Shown here: piece after piece, positions 12,959 through 25,934 of the stretch
Layout of the letters: every line of letters begins with the position of its first letter
How positions within the stretch are numbered: position 1 is the first letter of the stretch
Assembly (NCBI GenBank): GCA_002269645.1
Contig: NIVC01001552.1
Coordinates: 62,001 to 126,000 of the forward strand
DNA: 64,000 nucleotides
Reading direction: 5' to 3'
DNA from: Macrostomum lignano
Lineage: Eukaryota
The notes under the pieces: model-generated
Seen by the model: only the letters and a program-made list of their open reading frames with translations
Told to the model about the DNA's origin: nothing
Databases searched by the model: none
Position numbers and translations under genes: made by a program

Positions 12959-13496
12959 CTAAACAGAAATTGTAAATGTCTATGGCCATTCTGTCTCCTC
13001 ATTTGCCAGGTTAGGACCATAGACAACTTTTAAGGGTTCTAATTATAGGCTTAGATTCACCGTCAATTGAGTCAAGCCTTTTGGGAGATAATCGATTTCG
13101 TACAAACAAACAAACAAACCATTTTTAGTATATGGATGCTGCATATCGTTGTGAATGGGACGTAACTTCCAGTGAGTGAAACGAGTATGAGAGCGTGTTT
13201 AAGTTTGGCTACGAAAAGTCCAACTCCTTTGTGAAACTAGAGACTGCAGAATTTCACTCATTGAATAAGAGTTTTTAGTGCTTGCAAGAGTGCTATATAT
13301 GTTGCCGCAATGAAGGACTCACTTCTTGCACGCTTGCCTTTCTCCCCTTCAACACGATACTGTTTTTTAAAAGCACTTTCCTATACAACCGACAAAAAAT
13401 TTAGATATGCAAGACAATACAGCCTAACTACATCAGTCATAGAAACAACAACTCAATGTCACTATGTAGACTCGTCTAGTTCGATCAGGTGCTTAC

Positions 13497-13597
13497 GGTA
13501 ATTAAGCTCTCTGGTCGGTTATACTGCCGGCTTGGGCGACTTGCAGCCTCCCGGCCAGCCATCGGACTGGTGGCTGAGCTCTCCAGACCGTTGACAG
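13497..13597 (-). CDS. Shaw: Shaw channel C-terminal tail exon
   Basis: AACCGCAG acceptor (phase 1) and ACC|GTAAGC donor. Encodes VNGLESSATSPMAGREAASRPSRQYNRPESLIT. Confidence 0.65.
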
Positions 13598-13647
13598 CTG
13601 CGGTTGGTTTGAGTTGAGATGAGGCGTTACATGTAGGTATTTAGTTG

Positions 13648-13746
13648 GTTATTTAGTTATATAGTTAGTTATTTATTTATTTAGTTAGTTAGTCAGTTAG
13701 TTAGTTCGATAGTTAGTTAATTGTTTAGTCAGTTAGTTAGTTAGTC

Positions 13747-13810
<64 letters not shown>

Positions 13811-13882
13811 GGTTAGTTAGTTAGTTAGTTAGTTAGTTAGTCAGTTAGTTAGTTAGTTAGTTAGTCAGTTAGTTAGTTAGTC

Positions 13883-13930
<48 letters not shown>

Positions 13931-13931
13931 G

Positions 13932-13998
<67 letters not shown>

Positions 13999-14023
13999 GG
14001 TTAGTTAGTTAGTTAGTTAGTTG

Positions 14024-14079
<56 letters not shown>

Positions 14080-14108
14080 TTTAGTTATTTAGTTAGTTAA
14101 TTAGTCAT
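13648..14108. repeat. (TTAG)n microsatellite filling a Shaw intron
   Basis: Direct reading. Confidence 0.95.
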
Positions 14109-14129
14109 TTAGCTATTTCAGGAACTCAC

Positions 14130-14198
14130 TGTTGAAGTTGGAGGCGTGAGACACCACCCTCGGCTCCCCGGGGCTGTGCGCGTCGCGATGATTGTCGT
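14130..14198 (-). CDS. Shaw: Shaw channel C-terminal tail exon (69 nt, phase 1-1)
   Basis: TTTTCAG acceptor and A|GTGAGT donor. Encodes DNHRDAHSPGEPRVVSHASNFN. Confidence 0.7.
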
Positions 14199-15000
14199 CT
14201 GAAAACGATCGAGGGAAAATTGTTTTTATTTTTGGAATATTTCCCACTGTAGAACAAAAATTTTAGCATTTTAATCAAGCGTCACTCATGCAGTGGTAAA
14301 AATATTCAATCAATGAGATGTTTCGTACTATTAAATCAGTTTAGGAGTATAGCTAATTTTCAGAACGTCCATCATGCTTAAATCACGAAAAAGTGGCTAC
14401 AGATTATTTGATTTCGCGAGACCAACAAAAACAATAGTATTTTACTCGTTAATTGAAGATATTGTTGGTTCTTATAAGGTGTCACAGAAAAAAATATTAA
14501 TTAGGCTGTTTGTTAGTCGTAATAACACTTTAACAATATCGAAAAAGCAAAATAATCCTTATTTTGTAATTAAAATTATAAATTAAAGTCGTAGCATTTT
14601 TAAAACAGAAAGAATAGTATCGTCACTTGTTGCTTTTAACTAAACAAAAATATTTTCAGACGTTTGAATAGGCATTAAATTTTAGCCCCCCCCCCCCTAC
14701 TGAATCTAGTAGTCTGTAAAGTATATTACATTCGATAAATATTTTAGAAAGTTTTATCGGTTCCAAATCAATGAATGTTTAAAATACTTTGCTCTGAAAC
14801 TCAATCATTATTTGCTATGCAATTATAGAGCAGAGTAAGTAAAAATTTCTACGAGAAACCAAGGTAAAGTCGAGACAAAATTCGAAGACAGTATTATAGG
14901 TTATTATTATAGAGGATTAAATATATTCGATTGCTTGAACTTTAGCACAGGTAGTTTTGTCTAAAAAACTGTTAGAAAAATTATATTGATAGAGAGGTAC

Positions 15001-15242
15001 CGCTGTCAGCGTCATTAGCAGACGAAGCCCTCGGACTGAGCGAGATCGGCTGCTCAACGGAGGCCAAAACTGGCTCAGCTTCGAGTTGAATCACGGCAGC
15101 TCTTCGAGCGCCCAGCTGCATTGCCGAGCTGTTGCAGAGCGCTGTTGAATCGCCTCCGCTGCTTAGCAGCATCGGCAGGTGGTCCTCTTTTATACCTGAT
15201 CGACATTCGAGAACGATCGGTATTTCGGGTTTTCTTAGTTTG
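15001..15242 (-). CDS. Shaw: Shaw channel C-terminal tail exon (junction to the S6 exon unresolved)
   Basis: TGTTGTCCAG acceptor. KLRKPEIPIVLECRSG...ANDADS is open. The G|GTACCT donor matches the next exon in phase 1. Confidence 0.55.
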
Positions 15243-17284
15243 CTGGACAACAGAGTAAGGCAAAGCTAGCAGTCATGCTTATTCCACTGAGCCCCTTGAG
15301 CATGCTCACACAGGGTGCACACTCTCTGCACCTTGTGTTTAGGGTGAGGTAATTAACTCTCATGGTCGGGAAATGCAGCGACAAAGCACTCCACGTCAAT
15401 TTTAAAGTGCACGCGTTACTTTAATTTAGTATTTTCAAATCCGCTCAAAAAATAGATGACGATTAAAACAAAATGATTCAAACAAAATACCTTGGATTGA
15501 ATTGTCTTGAAACATTTAGGCGGCAAAACATAGGAAGAGCTACCTGACCCGTTTTTTTATGTTTCATGCTAAAAATTGACTTTAAAAATTTTTTAAAGAA
15601 TTGGTTCATTTTCAAAGGTTTCATCATCATTCGTTTTTACAAGCGTAATTTGTTACTCTGACAATTTAAATTAGGCAAGCCGAAGTTTCAATAATGAGTC
15701 CATTAAATAGTGCAGTTAAAGTCAAGCCAATTTCTGTATCGATAAAAGTCTGTCTGTAACCTTTACGATAGGCTTTGCGGAAGTGGATATTGTTTTCTAC
15801 GCACTTCAAAATTCTTACCTACACGAGAGTTGGCCAAAGGTTGGAATTAGCTAGCTCGTACCCAGAATCATATCTGTAGCTTAATTTCACTCTATGCGTC
15901 ATTTTGTGTTTTTATTCGATACAAAAGTGTGACGCGTAGACATTTTATTGTGCTGAAGATGCTTCAATGTGTATCATATTTTGCGCTGAGAAGTAGCTAA
16001 ACGGCTGCATCGCAACAAGCTGAGATGGTCTCATTGGTTTCAACAGAATTAAAATACAGATCAGGTTCAACTTCCGTAAACAACCTACAAAAAGTGACCT
16101 AGGCATTGGATACATCTGAGATTAGATACTACAGTGTATTGGGATGAGGCGTCCCAATAATAAAGCTTATCCTAAAACGGAAAAAGACTGCCCTCTGTAT
16201 AGTTCTCATCTGTCTGTTTGAAACAGCTTTTTTCTGTAGCCAAGGCTTGAATCCAATGGAATTTGCGACAGATAAAATTTACGGATGTTTCCTTTTAACC
16301 TTAGTAACCTACAGTATGTATACAATTGATATGTCATTCTGCTCATACTGACACCAGCAAGAACTTGTGTTTGAAAATTGACAGCCCCTAATTTTATGCT
16401 TTTTGGGACACCCGTTAGTGTGCATTCTTTGATTCAGTGTGATTTTTTAAAGAATTGATAAATAATAATTATTGTACAAAGTCTGAAACGATTTCCTTTC
16501 AGTTCTTTAATTGTTTTTGTATCCTAAAAGCCAAACAGTGAAATTCTTGACGATAAGTAGAGTAAGGACGCAAACGGAAAATCCAGTGCATAATAATCCC
16601 GTATATCTAGCTTTGGGCTTCAATGTGTAACCTCTGTCCCGCTAAGGTCCCTCTAAAACTTTTTTTGTTCTAATGCAACCCAACCTTTGACAAGCTTCAT
16701 TTAAAACGCTAGTATTTATAGGCATAGAGGTCGCGATTTTACCTGTGCAATGCACATTTTGGCATTGACTAAATTTAACTTCTAGATCCTCTACAGTATA
16801 TACAGAATGACTAATGCAGTCATCAAAATGTACCAATGGAAACCGCTTGAAAATTATGATTTGGTAAATGCGCCGCCGCAATGGCGCAGCTTCCTGCTAG
16901 CTAACTGATGTTTTGGATATATTATCTATCTGACCCGGCGATGATGCGTGGGTGCGGATGTACTTTTAAGTAAGATCAGAATTATATGTGAAATCGAACT
17001 ACTCGAGAACTAAGATGATACGCCCCTGTTGTCATTGAAACTATAATAGGTCACCGTGATGATACGTATGACGTATGCCAACGTTCTACCATTATATATC
17101 CTGCTAGCTCAGTGATTCTTGGGTTTTGATGCACTTTTCAGCAAACGAAACTGTTTATACTATAGCATTATGCAGGCACACAAAGATGTCTTTTAGGCTC
17201 TAACAAAGAGTTCTGAACTATGCGAAGCATTGAAGACATATCTGTTGCTGTTGGAACTAATTCAACAGCAATTAAGTTGCTTAC

Positions 17285-17623
17285 CGAACCGGTTTAATTT
17301 CGACTCCAACACGGTGCTGCCCATTCCACCGCCGCCAACGACTTTGTCAGCGTTGGTTCTTCGGCCGCCGACGTGACTGGACGAGCCGCCGCCGCCGCTG
17401 CCGCCGCCCGCGCTCTTCGCCCCGCTACCAGGCGGTCCCAGAGTCGCAGTCGGTGCCTTCGGCCTGACGGCTTCAACTGGTAGCACTCGGCGGCGTTTCT
17501 TTGGCAGCTTACTGCGCGCTTGAGTGTGCGAGTAGAACATTGAGAAGTTGGACACGATCACTGGCACCGGCAGGGCGATGGTAAGCACTCCAGTCAGTGC
17601 GCACAGTGCTCCGACAAGCATTC
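17285..17623 (-). CDS. Shaw: Shaw/Kv3 potassium channel exon 4: S6 and proximal C-terminus
   Basis: [51 protein letters not shown] is the Shaw S6/PVP signature. CTCAG acceptor and G|GTAAGC donor. Confidence 0.92.
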
Positions 17624-18427
17624 CTGAGTATATTTTTCAAGTGATTTATGAGCATCTAAATATTTCCAACGTAAAAAAGTCGAGATGAACGCTTAGCAGT
17701 GCCAGTGTCAATCAACACCCGATCGTGTATTTACAAAGCTTCATCATGAGTTGGAATGGGGAGAGAAGAGACTAACTTGGGCGGGCTGAACCCAAGGACT
17801 ACTTCCCCTCCTTGACAGGAGGCAGACCCAAGGTTTTCATTCTACGTCGTCCATTTTAACGACTTTTAGGCACAGGACATGTATATAAGCTGGTACGTAG
17901 GATACAAAATTACGAGTAATATAGAATCCTAATTTTCTAAACGAAAAGCTCTACAAATTAGGACAATAGAACTTTTACAAAGGCAAGTCATATCATATCA
18001 GAAGATGAACATTGGGTCTGCCTCCCATCAAAAGCAGCAATTACAATTTTGGCGTTGAAAAAATGAAAACCTCTGTTCTCCGCAATGTATTTTTTCCGGT
18101 AAAACCTGTCTTCTAAAAATTTCCAACTTAGGTGGCTCAACCACCCTGTGTTCTAAATGCATCTTGCCTTTCAATATTTGTTTGACTGTTCTTCTCGTCT
18201 CTTTGAGAGCAGCAATGCAAATTAGTTTCGAGTGAAAGACACTTGTTTTAGCTGCGGCCATTGTACAAAGCAAACGCTACATTATTTCATCAGCATAGTA
18301 GTCTTTTGAATTCCCAGCGGACATGCAGCTGTCCGTTCCCATTTCAGTTCCAAACTGGATTTGTGTAAGACTACTTTCATCTACAGAAACAGCTTTGTTG
18401 AATTACTGAATATTCAGCTATTGTAGT

Positions 18428-20065
18428 CAGGGGCGTCGCCATGGATTTTATGGTGCGGGGGGACAAAACCAAGAATTCAACATAAACATGTACATGACTA
18501 GATTCCTACATTTCCATTATTTTGAGAATCGCGTTGTCAGCGCTCATTTTAGCGCCGCAGGCACTCATTTTAGCGCCGCAGGCACTCATTTTGGCGCCGC
18601 AGGCACTCATTTTAGCGCCGCGGGCACTCATTTTAGCGCCGCAGGCACTCATTTTAGCGCCGCAGGCACTCATTTTAGCGCCGCAGTCACTCATTTTAGC
18701 GCCGCAGGCACTCATTTTAGCGCCGCAGGCACTCATTTTAGCGCCGCAGGCACTCATTTTAGCGCCGCAGGCACTCATTTTAGCGCCGCAGGCACTCATT
18801 TTAGTGCCGCAGCCACTCATTTTAGCGCCGCAGGCACTCATTTTAGCGCCGCAGGCACTCATTTTAGCGCCGCAGGCACTCATTTTAGGGTCGCAGGCAC
18901 TCATTTTAGCGCCGCAGGCACTTATTTTAGCGCCGCAGGCACTCATTTTAGCGCCGCAGTCACTCATTTTGGCGCCGCAGGCACTCATTTTGACGCCGCA
19001 GGCACTCATTTTAGCGCCGCAGGCACTCATTTTAGCGCCGCAGTCACTTATTTTGGCGCCGCAGTCACTCATTTTGGCGCCGCAGGCACTCATTTTGACG
19101 CCGCAGCCACTCATTTTAGCGCCGCAGGCACTCATTTTGGCGCCGCGGGCACTCATTTTAGCGCCGCAGGCACTCATTTTAGCGCCGCAGTCACTCATTT
19201 TAGCGCCGCAGGCACTCATTTTGACGCCGCAGCCACTCATTTTAGCGCCGCAGTCACTCATTTTAGCGCCGCAGGCACTCATTTTAGCGCCGCAGGCACT
19301 CATTTTGGCGCCGCAAGCACTCATTTTAGCGCCGCAGGCACTCATTTTAGCGCCGCAGTCACTCATTTTAGCGCCGCAGGCACTCATTTTAGCGCCGCAG
19401 GCACTCATTTTAGCGCCGCAGTCACTCATTTTAGCGCCGCAGGCACTCATTTTAGCGCCGCAGGCACTCATTTTAGCGCCGCAGGCACTCATTTTAGCGC
19501 CGTAGGCACTCATTTTAGCGCCGCAGTCACTCATTTTAGCGCCGCAGGCACTCATTTTGGCACCGCAGGCACTCATTTTAGCGCCGCAGTCACTCATTTT
19601 AGCGCCGCAGGCACTCATTTTGGCGCCGCAGGCACTCATTTTAGCGCCGCAGGCACTCATTTTGGCGCCGCAGGCACTCATTTTAGCGCCGCAGTCACTC
19701 ATTTTAGCGCCGCAGGCACTCATTTTAGCGCCGCAGGCACTCATTTTAGCGCCGCAGTCACTCATTTTAGCGCCGCAGGCACTCATTTTAGCGCCGCGGG
19801 CACTCATTTTAGCGCCGCAGTCACTCATTTTAGCGCCGCAGTCACTCATTTTAGCACCGCAGGCACTCATTTTAGCGCCGCAGGCACTCATTTTAGCGCC
19901 GCAGTCACTCATTTTAGCGCCGCAGTCACTCATTTTAGCGCCGCAGGCACTATTGTCGCCCTGCAGCAACATTATTGATTTCCATAACGGGTCACAAGGT
20001 GGGGTGGGGGGGACAAAGCATTGGCATGTCCCCCTTGTCCCCCCCCCCCGGTGGCGACGCGCCTG
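18428..20065. mobile_element. Non-autonomous hAT-like TIR element carrying an internal minisatellite
   Basis: 14-bp terminal inverted repeats CAGGGGCGTCGCCA / TGGCGACGCGCCTG (13/14). 8-bp flanking duplication ATTGTAGT (18420-18427) / TTTGTAGT (20066-20073), 7/8. No transposase. Confidence 0.72.
18537..19950. repeat. 21-bp CpG-rich minisatellite (GCACTCATTTTAGCGCCGCAG)
   Basis: About 67 units. Source of the ORFs at 18488-20119. Confidence 0.97.
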
Positions 20066-20991
20066 TTTGTAGTTATAACCAACTATATCCACGTGAAAAT
20101 CGAAGTTTTCATTAGACAAGGATAGTTTTCCAGTCTATCACGGGTTGCTCTAGTAGAGAGTTAATGGAATATCAGAGACTATCCTAACTTGGTCGATACG
20201 GCCAGGGTGGCACGGAGTCACACTACCCTCGGGCCATGTGTATCTGGGCGAGCAAAGTCATTTTTTCCTACCGTACTATCCTACACTCTGTTTTATCCCA
20301 TACAGTCCATCTCTCTCGTTAGCGAATGCTCGCTTCATTAATTCACATTGCATGCATGGCAAACTGTTGGGATATTTGCGCCCAACGGCTACCTAAGAGC
20401 TTAGGTCTTAGAGCTTCTTTTTCATTCCTTAGGGATTCTATAGTTGCTTATTTAATAGTTTCTTTTTCTGCTAAAAAGGTGTGCGTGTAAGATTCTGTTT
20501 CATGTGCATGGATAACCTCCTGAGGGGTTCTTAAACGAAAACGATTTCTAAGAAATGAGCTGCATGATGGTAAGAAACGTGCCTGTATATATTTGTTGTT
20601 ACGCTAGCGCATTCAGTATTCTCTATAGATATCTGATTATTATTTGTCTATGGCAAACCCAATTCAGCGCTGTGCGTTCTTTTGGAGTGCGTTTCGGACT
20701 CAGAAAATTCAGTTCTTTAAAACAACTGAAACCAGCCTCATCTTCCTAACTTCAGGCAGAATTTATTCTCTTTTATGATCTGTAAGGAAGGTATTTCTGA
20801 GCACGTAGTTGAAAAAACCCACTTTTGAAAGCTGATTCTGAAAGCAACTTTGTGTGTGTCATGTTTTCTATTTTAATATTTTGTATGAGTCCCGTAGTAG
20901 TAGTAGTAGTAATGCGATTACAAAAAAGCACCGCGTCAAGAACCTAAACTACTTTTACGAGTAAGAGACCTTTCAAGCATTTTATTGACAA

Positions 20992-21400
20992 CTAACAACT
21001 GAAAACAACTGACAACTGACAAAGTAGAACTGGGGATCTGGGAGGCTGGCCCAGCAACTGACATGCTGGGAGGCTGGCCCAGCAACTGAGGATCTGGGAG
21101 GCTGGCCCAGCAACTAAGGAACTGGGAGGCTGGCCCAGCAACTGACATTCTGGGAAGCTGGCCCAGCAACTGGGGATCTGGGAGGCTGGCCCAGCAACTG
21201 ACATTCTGGGAAGCTGGCCCAGCAACTGGGGATCTGGGAGGCTGGCCCAGCAACTGAGGATCTGGGAGGCTGGCCAAGCAACTGGGGATCTGGGAGGCTG
21301 GCCCAGCAACTGAGGATCTGGGAGGCTGGCCCAGCAACTGAGGATCTGGGAGGCTGGCCCAGCAACTGAGGATCTGGGAGGCTGGAACGGCATAGCAACT
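20992..21400. repeat. 28-bp minisatellite (AACTGAGGATCTGGGAGGCTGGCCCAGC), copy in Shaw intron 3
   Basis: About 14 units next to the exon-3 donor. Confidence 0.93.
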
Positions 21401-21466
21401 GAAGAATGGGTCCTACATCAATTGACAGAATACATTTTTCAATGCATGATTGAATAAGTGACTCAC

Positions 21467-21705
21467 CTGCATAAGTTTTGGGCGTCATATCTCCATATCC
21501 GACGGTTGTCATGGTAACAATGGCCCACCAAAGACCAATTGGGATGGAGTCGAAGGAATTATCGGGATTGTACTGAATTCGCTCGGCATAGTAGATCAGC
21601 GCAGCAAACACTACGATGAAGACTATTAGGAAGAACACTAGCAGCAGGAGCTCCTTGGCTGAGGCTTTAAAGGTGTGAATCAGGATCTTCAGGCCGGAGA
21701 TGTGT
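21467..21705 (-). CDS. Shaw: Shaw/Kv3 channel exon 3: S4-S5 linker, S5 and pore loop
   Basis: [27 protein letters not shown]...[24 protein letters not shown] includes the TVGYG K+ selectivity filter. TTTCGCAG acceptor and G|GTGAGT donor. Confidence 0.95.
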
Positions 21706-21831
21706 CTGCGAAATTGATAATTCAGTCACGCGTTTTGCATCTGTGACTGATTTGTCGTACTGCATGTTTTTATAAAATGAAGCTGACATGCCACAATCTG
21801 ACAGGATGACGCTAACTCTAGCAGGTGGCAT

Positions 21832-22728
21832 CCCTGTCTAACAGGTGACACAACCCTATCTAACAGGTGACATTCTTATCTAACAGGTGACACTCCCATC
21901 TAACAGGTTACATTCCTATGTAACACGTTACATTCCTATCTAACAGGTTACACAATCCTATCTAACAGGTTGCATTCCTATCGAACAGGTGACACAATCC
22001 TGTCTAACAGGTGACACAATCCTGTCTAACAGGTGACATCCCTTTCTAACAGGTGACACAATCCTATCTAACAGGTGACACAATCCTGTCTAACAGGTTG
22101 CATTCCTATCGAACAGGTGACATAATCCTGTCTAACAGGTGACATCCCTTTCTAACAGGTGACACAATCCTATCTAACAGGTTGCATTCCTATCGAACAG
22201 ATGACACAATACTATCTAACAGGTGATACAATACTATCTAACAGGTGACACAATACTATCTAACAGGTGACGCAATCCTATCTAACAGGTGACACAATAC
22301 TATCTAACAGGTGACACAATACTATCTAACAGGTGACACAATACTATCCAACAGGTGACACAATCCTGTCTAACAGGTGACCCAATACTATCTAACAGGT
22401 GACACAATACTATCTAACAGGTGACACAATCCTATATACTAAAATACTATCTAACAGGTGACACAATACTATCTAATAGGTGATACAATACTGTCTAACA
22501 GGTGACGCAATCCTATCTAACAGGTGACACAATACTATCTAACAGGTGACACAATACTATCTAACAGGTGACACAATCCTGTCTAACAGGTGACCCAATA
22601 CTATCTAACAGGTGACACAATACTATCTAACAGGTGACACAATACTATCTAACAGGTGACACAATACTATCTAACAGGTGACAATATTCTATCTAACAGG
22701 TGACACTATCCTATCTAACAGGTGACGC
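21832..22728. repeat. 22-24-bp minisatellite (CTATCTAACAGGTGACACAATA)
   Basis: About 38 units. Confidence 0.93.
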
Positions 22729-23371
22729 ACTAATGCAAGAAGTGTCATTATTATTAGTATTATACATACTAATTATATGTTCGTAAAGTAGTTTTTGAAG
22801 GAAAAAATTATATCTACAACTCCAATCGGCAGGGTAATTATCGGGAATCTATCATTGCTCAAGTATGAGTTACTTGGTTGATAACTGCAATTACCACGAC
22901 AGATCAGATGCAAGATTCTGGCATTAGTCAGAGCAAGGCATGCAGGGGCATCTCGTGGAATTCCTCTGCCCGCCCCACAAAACTTATCAAGGTTAGCCGA
23001 GGCTGTTTGGCCATATCTGTGTCCCAACTCTCTCACTCTCTTACCCTCTCTGCTCCCAGCGCCGCGAACTCAGAATCTTGATGCAGATTCGCTTCGCTGG
23101 CCAATTCGCTCGGCACACCGAGTTGACATTTTCCAACTGCATTAGGGAGGCTCCCCAACATACCGCGATCCCTGCTAGCAACCCGAGCTGAGACATTAGC
23201 CAAGCCGCTCCCGTAGGTCGCAAGTCCCGGAGTCCCATTCCAGTAATAACACCGCCCCCCCCCAATCACATTCTGCTCCGGCTGGCTGCACCAACCCCAA
23301 GCCAACCGTGTGTGCGCGTTTGCCCCGTCTTGTGGAGAAGACAGAGGAGTAAAGACTAAACACACAAGCCC

Positions 23372-23372
23372 T

Positions 23373-23454
<82 letters not shown>

Positions 23455-23455
23455 C
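23372..23455. repeat. (CT)n microsatellite
   Basis: Direct reading. Confidence 0.95.
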
Positions 23456-23579
23456 TGGAATTTCGAGTCTCCAGACCTCACGGTATGCTTTGGTACAACT
23501 GATCCGAAAGAGCTCACACGCTGCCAGACAGAGCGGCAGCTGTTACAAATTGTATCACTGAGGTTTAACCTTGACTTTC

Positions 23580-24090
23580 CAGATCTGGGAGGCCCAGCAA
23601 CTGAGGATTTGGGAGGCTGGCCCAGAAACTGAGGATCTGGGAGGCTGGCCCAGCAACTGAGGATCAGGGAGGCTGGCGCAGCAGCTGAGAATCTGGGAAG
23701 CTGGCCCAGCAACTGAGGATTTGGGAGGCTGGCGCAGCAGCTGAGAATCTGGGAAGTTGGCCCAGCAACTGACACTCTGGGAGGCTGGCCCAGCAACAGG
23801 GGATCAGGGAGGCTGGCCCAGCAACTGGGGATCAGGGAGGCTGGCCCTGCACCTGAGGATCTGGGAGGCTGGCCCGGCAACTGAGAATCTGGGAGGCTGG
23901 CCCGGAAACTGAGAATCTGCGAGGCTGGCCCAGCAACTGGGAATCTGCGAGGCTGGCCCAGCAACTGGGAATCTGCGAGGCTGGCCCAGCAACTGACGAT
24001 CTGGTAGGCTGGCCCAGCAACTGAGGATCTGGGAGGCTGGCCCAACAACTGAGGATCTGGGAGGCTGGCCCAGAAACTGAGGATCTGGGA
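23580..24090. repeat. 28-bp minisatellite, same family as 20992-21400, in Shaw intron 2
   Basis: About 18 units next to the exon-2 donor. Confidence 0.93.
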
Positions 24091-24119
24091 TTGAATCAAT
24101 CGAACTCCAGCCCACTCAC

Positions 24120-24760
24120 CTGGTCAGCTTGAACAGCCGCATGATGCGGATGATGCTGAAGAACTCGAGCACCTCATAGCTGGCCTCATCAGCATTCAGA
24201 GCGCTGTTCAAGGCCAAGTCCATATAGAAGGACAGCGTGGCAATAAAATCGATGATGTTCACTGGCGATTTTAGGAACTCCAGCTTACTTGGAGTCACGG
24301 CGAATCTGGTGACGATCTCGAAGGTGAACCACGAGTTGCAGACGCACTCGACGAAGAAAAACGCCTGATGGGGCTCGCTGCGGTGCTTGTAGAAGGCGAA
24401 GGACTGATTGCCCAGCAGGTCCAGCACCACCGTCTCATTCGAAATGATCGGCACTCGCAAGCCGGGAAAAGTCTTCAAACAGAAGGACAGGATGCTGATC
24501 ACGATGAAGAACACTGAGACTACAGCGACAATTTTTGCCGCGGCCGAGGAGTAGGGCTCGTCGAACAGGGCCCAGAGCTTCGGTTTCAACCTCTGCCAGA
24601 TGTTCAACTCGTTGTTAATGAATTTCTCTTCTAAGCCGAACTTTTTGTAGAGATCTTCTTCCGCGAGCTTGTCGGTGTCCAGGTCGAGTCTGTCCAGAAT
24701 AGTGAGCGTCTCCTGGGTCTCACGGTGGGAGGTGTACGTCATCCAGCAGCACGGCTCCAC
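24120..24760 (-). CDS. Shaw: Shaw/Kv3 channel exon 2: end of T1, S1-S4
   Basis: [19 protein letters not shown]...[10 protein letters not shown]...[15 protein letters not shown] (Shaw-type S4). CCGCAG acceptor and AG|GTGAGT donor. Confidence 0.95.
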
Positions 24761-24779
24761 CTGCGGACAGCGTTGAAGG

Positions 24780-25260
24780 AGCAGGTGGATTAACAGACAG
24801 GTGGTGAAGAACCAGGTAGATCAACAGACAGATGAAGGTCAAGAACCATGAAGGTGGATGCATTAATAGACAGGTGAAGGTCAAGAACCAGGTGGATCAA
24901 CATACAGATGAAGGTCAAGAACCATGCAGGTGGATGCATTAATAGACAGATGAAGGACAAGAACAAGGTGGATCAACATACAGATGAAGGTCAAGAACCA
25001 CGCAGGTGGATGCATTAATAGACAGATGAAGGTCAAGAACCAGGTGGATTAATAGACAGGTGAAGGTCAAGAACCAGGTGGATTAATAGACAGGTGAAGG
25101 TCAAGAACCAGGTGGATTAAAAGACAGGTGAAGGTCAAGAACCAGGTGAATTAACAGGCAGATGAAGGTCAAGAACCAGGTGAATTAACAGGCAGATGAA
25201 GGTCAGGAACTAAGTGGATTAACAGACAGATGAAGATTCAGATGGATTAACAGACAGGTA
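24780..25260. repeat. About 34-bp minisatellite (GTGAAGGTCAAGAACCAGGTGGATTAATAGACAG)
   Basis: Degenerate tandem units abutting the exon-2 acceptor. Confidence 0.88.
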
Positions 25261-25934
25261 AATGATCAGGATACTTGAGGAACTGATAGCCTCTCTAAAG
25301 CTATAAAAAGCTCTTTCTTCATAGTAATTCCAACTGCATCGCACCGGGAGTAAAGCCGATAAAAAAATCCCATTGTTCCCCATCGGTTCTCTGGGGGAGG
25401 CAATAATGAAAATAGCTCGGCAATTGCAGTTCTGCCTATTCATCAGACGAGACAAAAGAATTATAGAATTTTTAGCGGGCCAACCTGCTGTACTGCCTCT
25501 TACCCAGAGCGTATGCGTACGCTTTTCAGTGTAGAGGATGGAGCCGGAGTGGAAAAAACACTTCTAGAGAGGCCTTCTACGGCTATACAGCGAGTGTTAC
25601 CTTGGCTGCTGCAACAGCTGCTTAGCTTAAACGGGGCAGGTGCGTGTGTGGGGGGAAGAGAGTTCCGTTTGTCGGGAACAAACTACAGCCAACCCCCCCC
25701 CTTCAGGATGTATAGTTTGAATTGGCTATTGAGGCTCAAGCTATGAAACTGTTGAGTCTGAGAATGAGGCTGAAGCTGAAGCTGGAGCTGTGTATGTGAT
25801 AATTTTCTTATAAAGAACCGACTCTTTAAATTCAGCTCGGACAACTCAGACTCGCCAAATGTTTATTTCTCTTCTCCCCTCTCCTATCATCTCTCATCTC
25901 CTCTTTTCTCGTCTCTCTCTCTCTCCTAGCCTGG

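Noticed and set aside
13505-13625. Plus-strand GC-rich segment before (TTAG)n that resembled a LINE 3' end
   Set aside because: Better explained as a minus-strand Shaw exon with a proper acceptor, donor and matching phases.
13648-14108. (TTAG)n as an interstitial telomere
   Set aside because: It lacks the G-run of TTAGG/TTAGGG and is the same tetramer family as the (ACTA)n tract.
12159-16382. Exact 17-mer TGTGTTTGAAAATTGAC at 12159 and 16366
   Set aside because: By my rough estimate, about one such match is expected by chance in 64 kb of AT-rich sequence.
23030-23350. GC-rich plus-strand segment with a polypyrimidine acceptor inside Shaw intron 2
   Set aside because: All frames close within about 45 codons, and I found no matching donor or homology.
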